This document shows, in pieces, positions 19,701 through 29,064 of a stretch of DNA of 64,000 nucleotides (position 1 is its first letter; the number at the start of each line of letters is the position of its first letter). The position numbers were made by a program, and so were the translations under genes. The notes beneath the pieces were generated by a model. The model ran no database searches. It saw only the letters and a program-made list of their open reading frames with translations, and had not been told where the DNA came from. Source of the DNA: Paracoccaceae bacterium (GTDB lineage Bacteria; Pseudomonadota; Alphaproteobacteria; Rhodobacterales; Rhodobacteraceae); contig OZ252048.1 of the NCBI GenBank assembly GCA_965247915.1, positions 2,859,740 to 2,923,739 on the forward strand, given 5' to 3'.

Positions 19701-22700
19701 CGCGAGGTTCGCCGGGGCGGCCGGCACCGGCACCGGCGTGGCGGCCACGCTGGATGGCCGGCCGGTGTCGGTGCTCCCGGACGTATCCACCGCCTGCACC
19801 GTGAAGGTGTAGTCGGTGCGGTTGGTCAAGCCGGGAATGAGCAGGGTCGTCTGATCCCCCGAGCCGGGCGAGAGCACCGTATTCAAATACGTATTCCCGG
19901 TGCTGGTGTACGTGGTGCTGACCTTATAACGGGCGATCCCGGTGTCGCCCGTGTCCCACGTCAGCACGACCTGGCCGTCGCCCGGCGCCGGCGTCAGATT
20001 GTCCGGTGCGGGCCACAGAGGCGTGGCGGTCGCGTCAGGGGACGCCGCGCCGGCACCGGACGCGTTCACCGCGCGCACCGCCAACGTGTACTCGGTGCCG
20101 TTGGTCAGGCCGGTCACGGTGTATTCGAGGGTGTTGCCCGTATCGCCTTCGCTGATGTCAGCGCCGGCGATGTCGGTGAAGGTCGTGCCGCCGTCGGTGC
20201 TGACCTGGTATCCGGTGATCGTGTCGTTATCCGGATCGTCCCATCTCAGCGCCACCTCGCCCCCGCCGCTATCCCGCGCGGCCTCGAAATTCGTCGGGGC
20301 GGCCGGTCGCATCGTGGCGGTCACGGTGGTCGCCGCGCCCACACCGGAAGCGTTCACCGCGCGCAGCGCCAACGTGTACTCGGTGCCGTTGGTCAGGCCG
20401 GTCACGGTGTAGGCGAGGGTGTTGTCCGTATCGTTTTCGCTGATGTCGGTGTCGTCGATATCGGCGAACGTCTCGCCGCCGTCGGTGCTGACCTGGTACC
20501 CGGTGATTGTGTCGTCGTCCGGATCGTCCCAGGTCAGCGCAACCTGGCGGTCGCCCGGCGTGACCGAGGAAATCGTCGGGGCGGCCGGCACCGCAATCGG
20601 CCTGGCGGTTACGGTGGCTGCGAGGCCTTTACCCGCATCGTTTTCTGCGCGCAGCGCAAGCGTGTACTCAGTGCCGTTGTTCAGGCCCATGACCGTGTGT
20701 GCAGTGGTGGTCGCACTGCTGCCCTCGATCTCGGCGAAGGTCGTACCGCCGTCGGTGCTGACCTCATAGGTATAGTTGCCGATGGTTGCATCGTTGCTCG
20801 GCTTGTCCCAGGACAGCGCCACCTGGCCGTCGCCCGGCGCGGCCGAGAGGTTCTCCGGGGCGTCCGGGACCGCAATCGGCATGGCGTCCACGGTGGACGC
20901 CGGGCCCTCACCGGTACCGTTCCCCGCGCGCACCTCAAACGTGTAGGTCGTGCCGTTGGTCAGGCCGGTCGCGGTGTATGTGGTGGGGGGCGTGGGGGGC
21001 GTCGCAAAGGGGTTGGGGCTGGTGATGTCCGCCCAGGGGGTGTAGGTGCTGTCGTTGCTGTCCTTCTCCTTCCAGCGGACCTGGTACTTGGTGATCGTGA
21101 TATTGCCCGGATCGTCCCAGGACAGCACGACCCGGCTGTCACCCGGCGTGGCCGAGGAAATCGTCGGGGCGGCTGGCAGCGGCGGCGCCACCGGTGTGGC
21201 TTTCACGCTGGCTTTCACGCTGGTTTGGGTGCCGCCGGCTGTGGTCGACCACACCGTGAAAGTGTATTCGGTGCCGTTGGCCAACGGATTATTGGGATCG
21301 AGGCCAATGGAATCGTCAACCTTCGACGGCGATGCGCCAAAGGAGAGGAAAGATGACCAATTTACTCCGGGGCCTTTGGTTGTGAGCGTATAGTCTTTGG
21401 CTCCGGGGACGCCCGTCCACTCCAGATGGACCCGGCCGTGGTCCGGCGTCGCCACAAGATTCGGCGCGGGCCAGAGCGGCGTGGCTTTATCGCTGGACGC
21501 CGTGCCCTCGCCGGAAGCGTTCACCGCCCGCAGCTCGACCGTGTGCTGCCTGCCGTTGCTCAGGCCGGTCACGGTGTGTGAGACGGTGGTCGCACCGCTG
21601 CCGTCGATGTCGGTCCAGTCGCCGAAAGCGCCGCTGCCCCTCTTCTGCCGGTATTGGTATTTGGTGATCGTGTCGTTGTCCGGATCGTCCCAGGTCAGCG
21701 CCACCTCGCCCCCGTCGCTGCCCCGCGTGGCCGCGAAGTTCGCCGGGGCGGCCGGTTTCGCAATCGGCGTGGCAGTCACGTTGTCGGACCATGGGCCTTT
21801 ACCGGAAGCGTTCTCCGCGCGCAGCGCCAGGGTGTACTCGGTGTCGTTGGTCAGGCCGGTAATGGTGTATGAGGTCGGGGCCTCGGTGAGGCCGGTGATG
21901 GAAGTGGAGGTCGTGCCGCCGTCGGTGCTGTAATCGTAGCCGGTGAGTGTGAGGTCGTTCGGATCGTCCCAGGACAGGGTGACCTGGCGGTCACCCGCCG
22001 TGGGCGTGAGGCCCGTCGGCGCGGCCGGCAAAGCCAGCTCCGGCGTGGCGGTCACGGTGGATGCCACGCTGGTGAATGTGGCATTCGCAGGGTCGGTCCC
22101 CAACGCCGCCCGCACCGTGAAGGTGTATTCGGCGCCGTTGGTCAGGCCGGTATCTGTAACGGTCGTCTTCGTCCCCGATCCGGCCGGGGCCAACGTGTTA
22201 ATGTCGTTGCCGGGTCCCTCGGTCAGGACGTGATACTTGGTGATTCCGGGAACGCCCCTATCCCACTGGAGTGTGACCTGGCCGTTGTCCGGCGCCGCCA
22301 CCAGACCGGTCGGCGCGGGCCACAGCGGCGTGGCAGTCACGCGGGGCGCCGCGCTCTCGCCGGAATCGTTCACCGCGCGCACCGCCAACGTGTACGCGGT
22401 GCCGTTGATCAGGCCGGTCACGGTGGTGGCGGTGGTGGCCGCGCTGCTGCCCTCGATATCGGCGAAGTTCGTGCCGCTGTCGGTGCTGACCTGGTATTTG
22501 GTGATGCTGCTGTCGTCCGGATCGTCCCAGGTGAGCCCAACCTCCTGGCTGCGCGCCGTGGGCGAGAGGTTCGCCGGGCCGTCCGGCACCGGCGCCGGCG
22601 TCGCGGTCGCGCTGGAGGGCAGGCCCGTGATCACGGCGGTGCTGCCGGACGTATCCACCGCCTGCACCGTGAAGGTGTATTCGGTGCCGTTGGTCAGGGG

Positions 22701-24632
22701 GAAAATGGTGGTGGTCGTCGTGTTCCCCGATCCGGCCCCGACGTCCGAGATCTCATGCGTCGCGCCGCTGTTTGTGGCCTGCCAGTGGACCCGATAATCG
22801 GTGATCGAGGCGTCGCCCGTATCCCACTGCAATATGGCTTGGCCGTTGCCCGGATCCGCCGCCAGATTGGTCGGCGCGGGCCACAGTGGCGTGGCGGTAA
22901 TGGCGGCGGCCGTGCCGCCAGCTAAATCGTTAGCTGCGCGCAGCGCCAACGTGTACGTGATGCCGTTGCTCAGGCGGGTAGCGGGGTCGCCGCTCAGGTG
23001 GGTAACGGTGGTGGTGGTGGTGTCCGCACCGCTGCCGCTGATATCGGTGAAGGTAGCGCCGCCGTCGGTGCTCACCTGGTACTTGGTGATTGTGGAGTCG
23101 TCCGGATCGGTCCAGGTCAGCGTCACCTGGCGGTCGCCCGGCGTGGCCGAGAGGTTGGCCGGGGCACCCCACAGCGGCCTGGCGTTCGCGGTGGATGCCG
23201 GGCCCTCACCGATAGCGTTCACCGCGCGCAGCGCCAACGTGTACGCGGTGCCGTTGCTCAGGCCGGTCACGATGTGTGTGGTGGTGGTGTAACTGCTGCC
23301 ATTCATATGGTTGAAGGTACCGCCGCCGTCGGTGCTGTACTGGTACTTCCTGATGGTGTTGTCGCCCGGATTGGTCCAGGACAGCGTGACTTGGCCGTCA
23401 CCCGCCGTAGCCGAGAGGCCCGTCGGGGCGGCCGGTGGCGCGCGCGGCGTGGCGGTCGCGGTGGATGCCCGGCCGGGGCCGGAATTGTTCCTCGCGCGCA
23501 GCTTGAACGTGTACTCGGTGTGGTTGTCCAGGCCGGGAACGGTGTATCCGGTGGCATTGGTCTGGCCATGGGCGCTGTTGGGGATATCGCTGAAGGTCGT
23601 GCCGCCGTCGGTGCTGACCTCGTGGCTCGTGATCGTGTCGCCGCCCGGATTGGTCCAGGACAGCGTGACCTCGCGGTCACCCGGCACGGGCAAGAGGTTC
23701 GTCGGGGCGGCCGGGAGCGTCGCGGCGGTCACGGTGGCTGCGGCGCCGTTGCCGCCAACATTCTTCGCACGCACCGCAAACGTGTACGTGGTGCCGCTGG
23801 TGAGGCCGGTCACGGTGTAGCTGTCGGTGCTCGCACCGCTGCCGCCGATATCGGTCCAGTTGCCGTAGTCGCCCGCGCCTGTTTTCCGGCGATACTGGTA
23901 CTTGGTGATCGTGTTGTTGGCCGGATCGTCCCAGGTCAGCGCCACCTGGGTTTCACCCGGCGCGGCCGAGAGGTTCGGGGCGGCCGGGGCCAAGGTGTTC
24001 CCCTGGACCCTGATTTGTATCGAAGTCGAGTACACACCGCCATCACCCTCCCAGCCCCCGGTTCCGTCAGACCGGCGCGTGTAGCGGTGATTGCCGATGC
24101 TCCACCCTATGGCCTTGCCGGAATCTTGGTTGTCGTTAGCCGTCAGGTTCCAACGAGGTCTGGTTCCGCTACCGTCAAACGTCATGTGCACGAAGTATTG
24201 GGTGTTTCGATTCAGACGGGCCCCGCCGGGGGCGGTGAATGTCTGGAGTCCCGTCCCCACGTTGGACGGGTTGGTCAGGGTGTATAAGACCGCGTTGCTC
24301 GGTTGACCCGATCCGGTGGCGGCCCTCACCGTGACCGTCAGGGTTCCACTACCCGGAGCCCTCTGCGTGTCCAACTGGATACTCGATAGGTCGTAGCCCC
24401 GCGTATTCTGGCCCGTGGTGAACCCCTGAGCACAGTCTAGTAGTTCAGAACCATCGACACATGCTGTGTAACCGTGAGTGGTTTGGCCCGTGTTGCTCAC
24501 GAGGGTTTGGGCGTGCGCCGGCGCCGAAAAACCGAGCAGCAGCGCCGCGGTGGCGAGGAATGCGCCGATGACTGCCAGCCGTAGGAAAGGTCTCACGGAA
24601 ACTGTCCTCCTACGCGCGCCTGTTCGACACAA
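16704..24632 (-). CDS. Giant autotransporter AT3
   Basis: 2642-aa ORF. Modules in order: signal peptide; an unassigned N-terminal module; about 18 FN3 modules; a cadherin-like module; Calx-beta; a C-terminal beta-domain. The likely start is GTG at 24596 after AGGAGG (MRPFLRLAVIGAFLATAALLLGFSAPAHA). I counted 18 recurrences of the FN3 opening motif (e.g. LSATPGDRQVTLTWTD). The Calx-beta-like segment is YSVRFGAAAYAVEEGGDPVRV. The barrel ends GVMLRMQASW. Confidence 0.85.
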   Translation of the reverse strand: MCRTGARRRTVSVRPFLRLAVIGAFLATAALLLGFSAPAHAQTLVSNTGQTTHGYTACVDGSELLDCAQGFTTGQNTRGYDLSSIQLDTQRAPGSGTLTVTVRAATGSGQPSNAVLYTLTNPSNVGTGLQTFTAPGGARLNRNTQYFVHMTFDGSGTRPRWNLTANDNQDSGKAIGWSIGNHRYTRRSDGTGGWEGDGGVYSTSIQIRVQGNTLAPAAPNLSAAPGETQVALTWDDPANNTITKYQYRRKTGAGDYGNWTDIGGSGASTDSYTVTGLTSGTTYTFAVRAKNVGGNGAAATVTAATLPAAPTNLLPVPGDREVTLSWTNPGGDTITSHEVSTDGGTTFSDIPNSAHGQTNATGYTVPGLDNHTEYTFKLRARNNSGPGRASTATATPRAPPAAPTGLSATAGDGQVTLSWTNPGDNTIRKYQYSTDGGGTFNHMNGSSYTTTTHIVTGLSNGTAYTLALRAVNAIGEGPASTANARPLWGAPANLSATPGDRQVTLTWTDPDDSTITKYQVSTDGGATFTDISGSGADTTTTTVTHLSGDPATRLSNGITYTLALRAANDLAGGTAAAITATPLWPAPTNLAADPGNGQAILQWDTGDASITDYRVHWQATNSGATHEISDVGAGSGNTTTTTIFPLTNGTEYTFTVQAVDTSGSTAVITGLPSSATATPAPVPDGPANLSPTARSQEVGLTWDDPDDSSITKYQVSTDSGTNFADIEGSSAATTATTVTGLINGTAYTLAVRAVNDSGESAAPRVTATPLWPAPTGLVAAPDNGQVTLQWDRGVPGITKYHVLTEGPGNDINTLAPAGSGTKTTVTDTGLTNGAEYTFTVRAALGTDPANATFTSVASTVTATPELALPAAPTGLTPTAGDRQVTLSWDDPNDLTLTGYDYSTDGGTTSTSITGLTEAPTSYTITGLTNDTEYTLALRAENASGKGPWSDNVTATPIAKPAAPANFAATRGSDGGEVALTWDDPDNDTITKYQYRQKRGSGAFGDWTDIDGSGATTVSHTVTGLSNGRQHTVELRAVNASGEGTASSDKATPLWPAPNLVATPDHGRVHLEWTGVPGAKDYTLTTKGPGVNWSSFLSFGASPSKVDDSIGLDPNNPLANGTEYTFTVWSTTAGGTQTSVKASVKATPVAPPLPAAPTISSATPGDSRVVLSWDDPGNITITKYQVRWKEKDSNDSTYTPWADITSPNPFATPPTPPTTYTATGLTNGTTYTFEVRAGNGTGEGPASTVDAMPIAVPDAPENLSAAPGDGQVALSWDKPSNDATIGNYTYEVSTDGGTTFAEIEGSSATTTAHTVMGLNNGTEYTLALRAENDAGKGLAATVTARPIAVPAAPTISSVTPGDRQVALTWDDPDDDTITGYQVSTDGGETFADIDDTDISENDTDNTLAYTVTGLTNGTEYTLALRAVNASGVGAATTVTATMRPAAPTNFEAARDSGGGEVALRWDDPDNDTITGYQVSTDGGTTFTDIAGADISEGDTGNTLEYTVTGLTNGTEYTLAVRAVNASGAGAASPDATATPLWPAPDNLTPAPGDGQVVLTWDTGDTGIARYKVSTTYTSTGNTYLNTVLSPGSGDQTTLLIPGLTNRTDYTFTVQAVDTSGSTDTGRPSSVAATPVPVPAAPANLAAMAANGQAVLTWDDPNDSSITKYQVRQRVSGADFGDWSDIVGSSATTTTYTVTGLTNGSAYGFELRAVNASGDGEASSVGATPIAVPDAPTISSATPGDGQVVLAWNDPSDRSITKYQVRSKVRNSDDNTYTDWANIPVTDPNAPPTGYTVTGLTNGTEYTLAVRAVNDPGNGPASTVTARPIAPPAAPEISSVGPGYRQVELEWADPNDSTITGYQVSINGDDSFTNIPSSAHGQTNATGYTVPGLKNGTEYTLAVRAMNDAGEGDASAANATPFNNPPTGSSKEVSTYDNEPYRFTMKDFAYSDDEEDTLHHVKIASPPVDDEGNDRGTLSLNGAAITSDTLPRQVTPADLEAGNLLYTPPENAHGDPFATFEFKVSDGESDSVVAYAMAIKVVRVYSVRFGAAAYAVEEGGDPVRVTVTLSKQAADALEIPITVTPRGRTVAADYTVTVTDPDVLDPATGTVTLKFEEMGDTTRSFTIEATEEAQQDDNFHDVRVALRFGTLPANVAKGAPAAATLTIVDAEGAVVQARFGRLNAEILSKHALTIADVTNRAIGARMDDPCGKRAAAYTLAGGSTIHGALHAKAQALEDGTLTLDDVLAGSSFRLPLAAASGDRTGGGPVVWGRGERHTLESTESALAWDGTVLTGQIGIDGCLRDDLLTGLALSRSVGEFDYTAATGPVPVSGDYKSRMTSVHPYLGWTSPQGLGMWATVGYGQGEVEIDDEQAGRQTSDTSLKTAAMGASGPLMTDESPIAGGTMALELRSEASWAQVEVEGDDGLIAQQTVNAWRLRLSLEGSHAHELASGASLTPALEVGVRHDGGDGVTGNGYELGGSLRYFDPSNGVTLEGHGRVLLAHEDEYEEWGVGGLVRVDPGPSGHGLSLSMALVYGDATSGTARLWDQDVAELATDDGAANDNVPQMRLDSELGYGFSTLGGHGLLTPYGGFSLAGEGSRRYRIGIRFEIAPAFDLSFEGARREPANDAAAEHGVMLRMQASW

Positions 24633-25053
24633 CGCCCGGGGGATTGGCGTTTTCGGTATCGATCGTGCCGTCAGTCATGTTCGTCTCTTGCTTGCAGTCA
24701 CGCTGTCCTACTCGCCGGTTGCTGGGTCTCGCCAGTGGCCTTCGGCTTGTAATCGTACCAAAGGGAGCATTCTCTGGACAGTCCCTTTTCGAACCCGACC
24801 CCCTTGCCGACTCCGCCGGGTCCGGCGATAGGGAGGAATTCGCCGGCGAGCGACGCGTTCGGCGATGCGCCGCCGGAAATACTCGGCCTCGCGTCTTCGC
24901 GGGAAGTGAATCGCACTGGGCCCTGGTTCGGTGAGCTTGAGCCGGGCGCGGAGCACACCCTTGGCCGCATAAACGCCGATGACGAACCTGCAGGATCTTG
25001 CCTTCGTGGGTGCGGCACGGCGGTCGGCGGAGGCCAGACGGTTACTTCAGAAC

Positions 25054-26154
25054 GGCGTTGTTGCATGGATCAGACAATAGTCGCAAGCCGCCCTTACCCG
25101 TGATACAGGCTATGAGATTTGTTTGAACACGGGTCGGCCGAGTTCGGTCATTTTGTTGAGAATGGCGACGCCGATTTTGGCCTCCGTTTGCTGATTTTCG
25201 AAACAGCGGGCTTTCAGTTTTGGCCCGATAATAGCCTTCCAGCGCCCCATCTGTGTCTCAATTCTACTGCGCTGATTGTAGCCACTGCCAGATTGCCAGG
25301 CCATGCGGCCATGAGTTTGAATTTTAACAATATGTCGGTCTCGAAGTGAGGGAAAACACTTGGATTGCGGGCTTGGAATGGCGTTCTTCGGTGGAGGAAT
25401 AATGATTACAACCGCCTCGCCAAATCGTGCCTTAAGCAAGTCACTGGTCGGTGCGCCGTCGTAGGCACCGTCCGCTATAAACCGGGAGACCGGAGTGCCA
25501 ATCTGATTTAATAGATCAGGCAGCACTGTTGGATCGCCAACGTCATCCAGCGTTAAATCCGAACAAACGATATCGCCAGTCACAAGGTTCAGACCAAGGT
25601 GAAGTTTACGCCACCGTTTGCGTTTGGCCTTTACATTATACTTGCTTTGCAGCCACTCACCCTCATCGAAAACCTTCAAACCCGTACTGTCGATGGCCAA
25701 GTGGACCGGATCTGTTATTTTGATTTTGGGCCTTGCCGGAAGGCTCAGACCACGCCCTCGGCGCGACAGGGTCGAGAAATCAGGAACTGAAATTTCCAGC
25801 AGCATCAGCTTTGATATGCTGCGTATCAGCCCTTGGGTCTGGCGCAGCGGCAACCTGTAAACCATGCCCAGCGTCAGGCACATCGTGATCGCCAGATCCG
25901 AGTATCGCGGCTGGCCGCCGCGCGACCTGCGCCGTGGTGCAGCCCAGTGCTTTCGCGCATCCCCTGTGATCCAGACCGTCAAATCACCACGATTTCGCAG
26001 GCTTTCATTATACCCGCACCAGTTCGTCACCCGATATTTCTTCTTCGCAAACTTGTGCCGGCGGGAGGTGTTGAATTTATGCGGCATTAAGCATATCCGT
26101 GGTCGTGGCAAAAGCCTGTGTTAACACTTGACACCCGATCCGAGCAACAACGCC
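25054..26154 (-). mobile_element. IS5-family (IS903-group-like) element, copy B, 1101 bp, inverted relative to copy A
   Basis: Same length and termini as copy A, with one IR mismatch (GCTCGG vs GCACGG). The flanks do not form a target duplication. Confidence 0.85.
25110..26111 (-). CDS. IS5-family DDE transposase (copy B)
   Basis: 333-aa ORF, one residue different from copy A. Confidence 0.85.
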   Translation of the reverse strand: MPRPRICLMPHKFNTSRRHKFAKKKYRVTNWCGYNESLRNRGDLTVWITGDARKHWAAPRRRSRGGQPRYSDLAITMCLTLGMVYRLPLRQTQGLIRSISKLMLLEISVPDFSTLSRRGRGLSLPARPKIKITDPVHLAIDSTGLKVFDEGEWLQSKYNVKAKRKRWRKLHLGLNLVTGDIVCSDLTLDDVGDPTVLPDLLNQIGTPVSRFIADGAYDGAPTSDLLKARFGEAVVIIIPPPKNAIPSPQSKCFPSLRDRHIVKIQTHGRMAWQSGSGYNQRSRIETQMGRWKAIIGPKLKARCFENQQTEAKIGVAILNKMTELGRPVFKQIS

Positions 26155-26163
26155 CCTGGTTAA

Positions 26164-26653
26164 CGCCCCTGGTTATCGCTTCGCTGCAATGAACTGGGCA
26201 TCCGCGCGCACCCTGACCAGAAGGATCAAACGATTGATGCTATATTTGCGATGGAGCAGGCAGAGCTGCGCCCGATCGGGATTGGTTTTGACGGATATGT
26301 AGAAAAGGCGGTGCGCGTGCGTTCCACTTGCCTTGTTCAGTATCGCAGCAATCGTTACAGCGTTCCGGCCCAATATGCAGGCCGCCATATCTCGTTGCGC
26401 GCCTATGCCGGGCGGATTGTTCTGGTTGCTGATCAAAAGATCATAGCCGAACACAAACGCCAGTTTACAAAGAATATCAGTTACTTCGAACCGTGGCACT
26501 ATGTGCCACTTCTGTTGCTCAAACCCGGAGCCTTGCGAGATGGTGCACCGTTTATGGAGTGGGAATTACCGACATCCATGAACCGGATCAGGTCTAGCTA
26601 CATGATGGTAAAGGGTGGTGACCGTGACTTTGTCGAGCTTCTGATGCTGGTTC
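26164..26653 (+). pseudogene. istA: IstA transposase, C-terminal region, part 1
   Basis: ...FDGYVEKAVRVRSTCLVQYRSNRYSVPAQYAGRHISLRAY...HYVPLLLLKPGALRDGAPF...GGDRDFVELLMLV matches the conserved IstA C-terminal pattern. It is cut at 26653 by the IS3-family insertion. Confidence 0.7.
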
Positions 26654-26713
26654 TGACCTGCCCCCAATTTGAGGGCCACTTTTAGGTAGACTCTGTTCCT
26701 CTTTTGTTTGCCA

Positions 26714-27580
26714 TTATTCGGCGGCGTGAGCAATGGGCGGTGGCGCGGAGCCTTCAGATAGCTCAAGCGTCGCTGCCCATTGCGGTTTATGGAAAGGCCT
26801 GTTTGCGGCAAATTCTTCCGGGGTTTGATAGTTCAGCGAAGAGTGGGGCCGGTTTTGATTGTAATCGATCCGCCAGTCCTCGATGATCCTTTCTGCCTCG
26901 GCCAGCGAGGTGAACCAGTTCAAGTTCAGGCATTCTTCGCGAAACCGGCCGTTGAAACTTTCGATGTAGGCGTTCTGGGTCGGCTTGCCCGGGTCGATGA
27001 AGTAGAGCTGCACGCCGTGATCATCTGCCCAGCCATCAAGCGCGCGGCCTCGTAGTTCAGGCCCATTGTCAACGGTCAGAACATCCGGGTACCCCCGCTC
27101 ACGAGCCACCCGTTCCAGCATTTCCACCACGCGGGAGCCGGGGATCGACAGGGCCACATCAATCGCCGGACATTCCCGTGTGCAGTCGTCTTTCAGATTG
27201 ACGGTGCGGAACTTCCTGCCGTTGGCGAGCGCATCCATGGTGAAGTCCAGGCTCCACCGCTGGTTGGCGGCGATCGGGCACCAGGCGCCTTCGCGCACGC
27301 CCTTGGGGATTTTCTTGCGATTGTGGCGGCGCAGGGTCAGGCGCTCCTCTCGGTAAAGTCGCTCCACCACTTTCACGTTCACCTTGAAACCCTCCTGGCC
27401 AAGCTTGGCATGCAACATGCGATAGCCATAGCGTCGGTGTTTGCCGGAAAGCGTGACCAGCCGTTCCCGTATCCTCGCATGGCGATCCGGCCTTCCTCTG
27501 TATTCATTACTCGATCTGGAAAACCCAATCAGCCCACAGGCCCGCCGAGTTGAAAACTGATAGTCACGGCAAAGAACCAT
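26714..27580 (-). CDS. IS3-family transposase OrfB (integrase core)
   Basis: 288-aa ORF with an rve-type core (...LTVDNGPELRG...FIDPGKPTQNAYIESFNGRFREECLN...). Confidence 0.85.
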   Translation of the reverse strand: MVLCRDYQFSTRRACGLIGFSRSSNEYRGRPDRHARIRERLVTLSGKHRRYGYRMLHAKLGQEGFKVNVKVVERLYREERLTLRRHNRKKIPKGVREGAWCPIAANQRWSLDFTMDALANGRKFRTVNLKDDCTRECPAIDVALSIPGSRVVEMLERVARERGYPDVLTVDNGPELRGRALDGWADDHGVQLYFIDPGKPTQNAYIESFNGRFREECLNLNWFTSLAEAERIIEDWRIDYNQNRPHSSLNYQTPEEFAANRPFHKPQWAATLELSEGSAPPPIAHAAE

Positions 27581-27606
27581 GACTGCTTCCCGGCGGCTTG
27601 CAGGCT

Positions 27607-27873
27607 TCAGAAGTTTTTTGCCAGAAGCCCTTTCAGGCCAGCATTATCAAGCATGGTTTCGGCCAGCAGCTTCTTCAGCTTGCCGTTCTCCGATTCCAGG
27701 TCTTTCAGCCGCCTGACATCGGAAATCTGAAGGCCGCCATACCTAGCTTTCCATTTGTAAAAGGTGGCATCCGACATACCGTGCTTACGGCACAACTCGG
27801 ACACTTTCGCACCCGCCGCATACTCCTGAATGATCCGAACAATCTGCTCTTCGCTAAACCGTGACTTGCGCAT
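27607..27873 (-). CDS. IS3-family transposase OrfA (HTH)
   Basis: The 88-aa ORF MRKSRFSEEQIVRIIQEY...ATFYKWKARYGG is a typical IS3 OrfA. Confidence 0.85.
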   Translation of the reverse strand: MRKSRFSEEQIVRIIQEYAAGAKVSELCRKHGMSDATFYKWKARYGGLQISDVRRLKDLESENGKLKKLLAETMLDNAGLKGLLAKNF

Positions 27874-27952
27874 TCTCTGTTCTCCTCGTTCTCGTGAACA
27901 TTAAGCGAACAGATCCTCCTTTCAAATGGACCAGTTTTCGGGGAGCAGGTCA

Positions 27953-28174
27953 GTTCAGGAACATGGGATCGATGTTGTCGGAATGGCTTGCGATATGGCG
28001 GTCGAACAAAATACACTTCGGCTTCCGGCTATAATCAACCTGATTAATCAACTGGTCGAGCCCGTTATAGAGCCGCTGCCTGAAGCCCATTTCTATCCGT
28101 CCTTACAGGTGGCACCAGAGGCTGACTGCAAACGATATGAGGTGTTGTATGCGGCGCGAGGAAGTATGGCATGA
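27953..28174 (+). pseudogene. istA: IstA transposase, C-terminal region, part 2
   Basis: Joining 26653 to 27957 restores ...ELLMLVQEHGIDVVGMACDMAVEQ.... The stop overlaps the istB ATG (ATGA at 28171). Confidence 0.65.
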
Positions 28175-28902
28175 ATGCTCTTATTGAAGGGCTCAAGGCC
28201 CTGCGACTGCATGGAATGGCCAGCTGTGCCCATGATCTTCTGGCCAGCCGCACTCCGCCAAACCTGACCACCGTGCTCAAACAGCTGATTGAGGCGGAAA
28301 CTGTCGAGCGACGTGTCCGGTCCATCGAATATCAGATGCGCGTTGCAAGGTTCCCCCATCACAAAGATTTTGCCACGTTTGATTATGGTATATCTGCCGT
28401 GAAAAAGCCGGAGGTTGAGCAGCTCTGCACCGGACAATTTACAGCGGATGCCCACAATCTAATTCTTGTCGGCGGCACCGGAACCGGCAAAACCCACATC
28501 GCCATTGCTCTGGGCACGGCGCTCATCAATCAGGGTAAGAAGGCACGCTTCCACAATGCTGTCGATCTCATCAATGCCCTGATCCGGGAACAGGCGGAAG
28601 GAAACGCTGGCAAAATTATTCGCCAGCTGACCCAGATGGATTGTGTGATCATTGATGAACTGGGATACATCCCGTTCCCTAAATCCGGCGGGGCGCTGCT
28701 GTTCCACCTCATCAGTAAGCTTTATGAGCAAACCAGCGTCATCATCACAACCAATCTGGAGTTCGGAGAGTGGGTGTCGGTCTTTGGCGATGCCAAGATG
28801 ACAACCGCATTGCTCGACAGAGTAACGCATCACTGTTCAATCATCGAGACCGGCAACAACTCGTTCCGCTTCGCACAGAGCAAAAACAGCCGCGTTCAAT
28901 AA
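28171..28902 (+). CDS. istB: IS21-family helper ATPase IstB
   Basis: 243-aa ORF with Walker [10 protein letters not shown], Walker [10 protein letters not shown], and the tail [20 protein letters not shown]. Confidence 0.9.
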   Translation: MNALIEGLKALRLHGMASCAHDLLASRTPPNLTTVLKQLIEAETVERRVRSIEYQMRVARFPHHKDFATFDYGISAVKKPEVEQLCTGQFTADAHNLILVGGTGTGKTHIAIALGTALINQGKKARFHNAVDLINALIREQAEGNAGKIIRQLTQMDCVIIDELGYIPFPKSGGALLFHLISKLYEQTSVIITTNLEFGEWVSVFGDAKMTTALLDRVTHHCSIIETGNNSFRFAQSKNSRVQ

Positions 28903-29064
28903 GCCGCAGCGCAAACAAAGCCAATAGGCGAGCTCGCTATATGAGGGCATCTCGCCTATTGGCTTTGCAACTCAAAGGCGGGTCACTTTTAAATGCCAAA
29001 ACCGGGTCAACTTTAAATGCTCATTGACAGTAGGGATAATCAAAATAGCAACACGCGAGCATAA

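Larger units (their letters stand above)
26654..27952 (-). mobile_element. IS3-family (IS407-group) element, copy 1, 1299 bp
   Basis: Termini are TGACCTGCCCCCAATTT... and ...CGGGGAGCAGGTCA, the TGACCTGC(C/T)CCC IR typical of the IS407 group. A 4-bp direct repeat GTTC lies at 26650-26653 and 27953-27956. Confidence 0.85.
26155..29029 (+). mobile_element. IS21-family element remnant
   Basis: The istA 5' part has been removed by IS5 copy B, and istA is interrupted by an IS407-group element; istB and the right end are intact. The order is istA fragment, istB, then a right end with two direct repeats GGGTCA(C/A)(T/C)TTTAAATGC at 28980 and 29004. The terminus ...TCATTGACA ends at 29029. Confidence 0.7.

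Noticed and set aside
18999-24287. Long + strand ORFs (785 aa at 18999..21356, 429 aa at 22998..24287, and many of 60-230 aa) opposite AT3
   Set aside because: These are Arg/Gly-rich antisense frames typical of high-GC coding DNA. They carry no motifs and are fully contained in a gene with clear domain structure.
24633-25053. Several 80- to 120-aa ORFs upstream of AT3 (e.g. 24698..25066, 24708..24956, 24804..25103)
   Set aside because: I recognised no motif. The first about 230 bp is homologous to the AT1 upstream region and is more likely promoter or 5' UTR. One minus frame (..FVIGVYAAKGVLRARLKL..) looked vaguely protein-like but could not be assigned.
26173-26499. 108-aa minus-strand ORF
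   Set aside because: It is antisense to the IstA fragment, which has conserved motifs.
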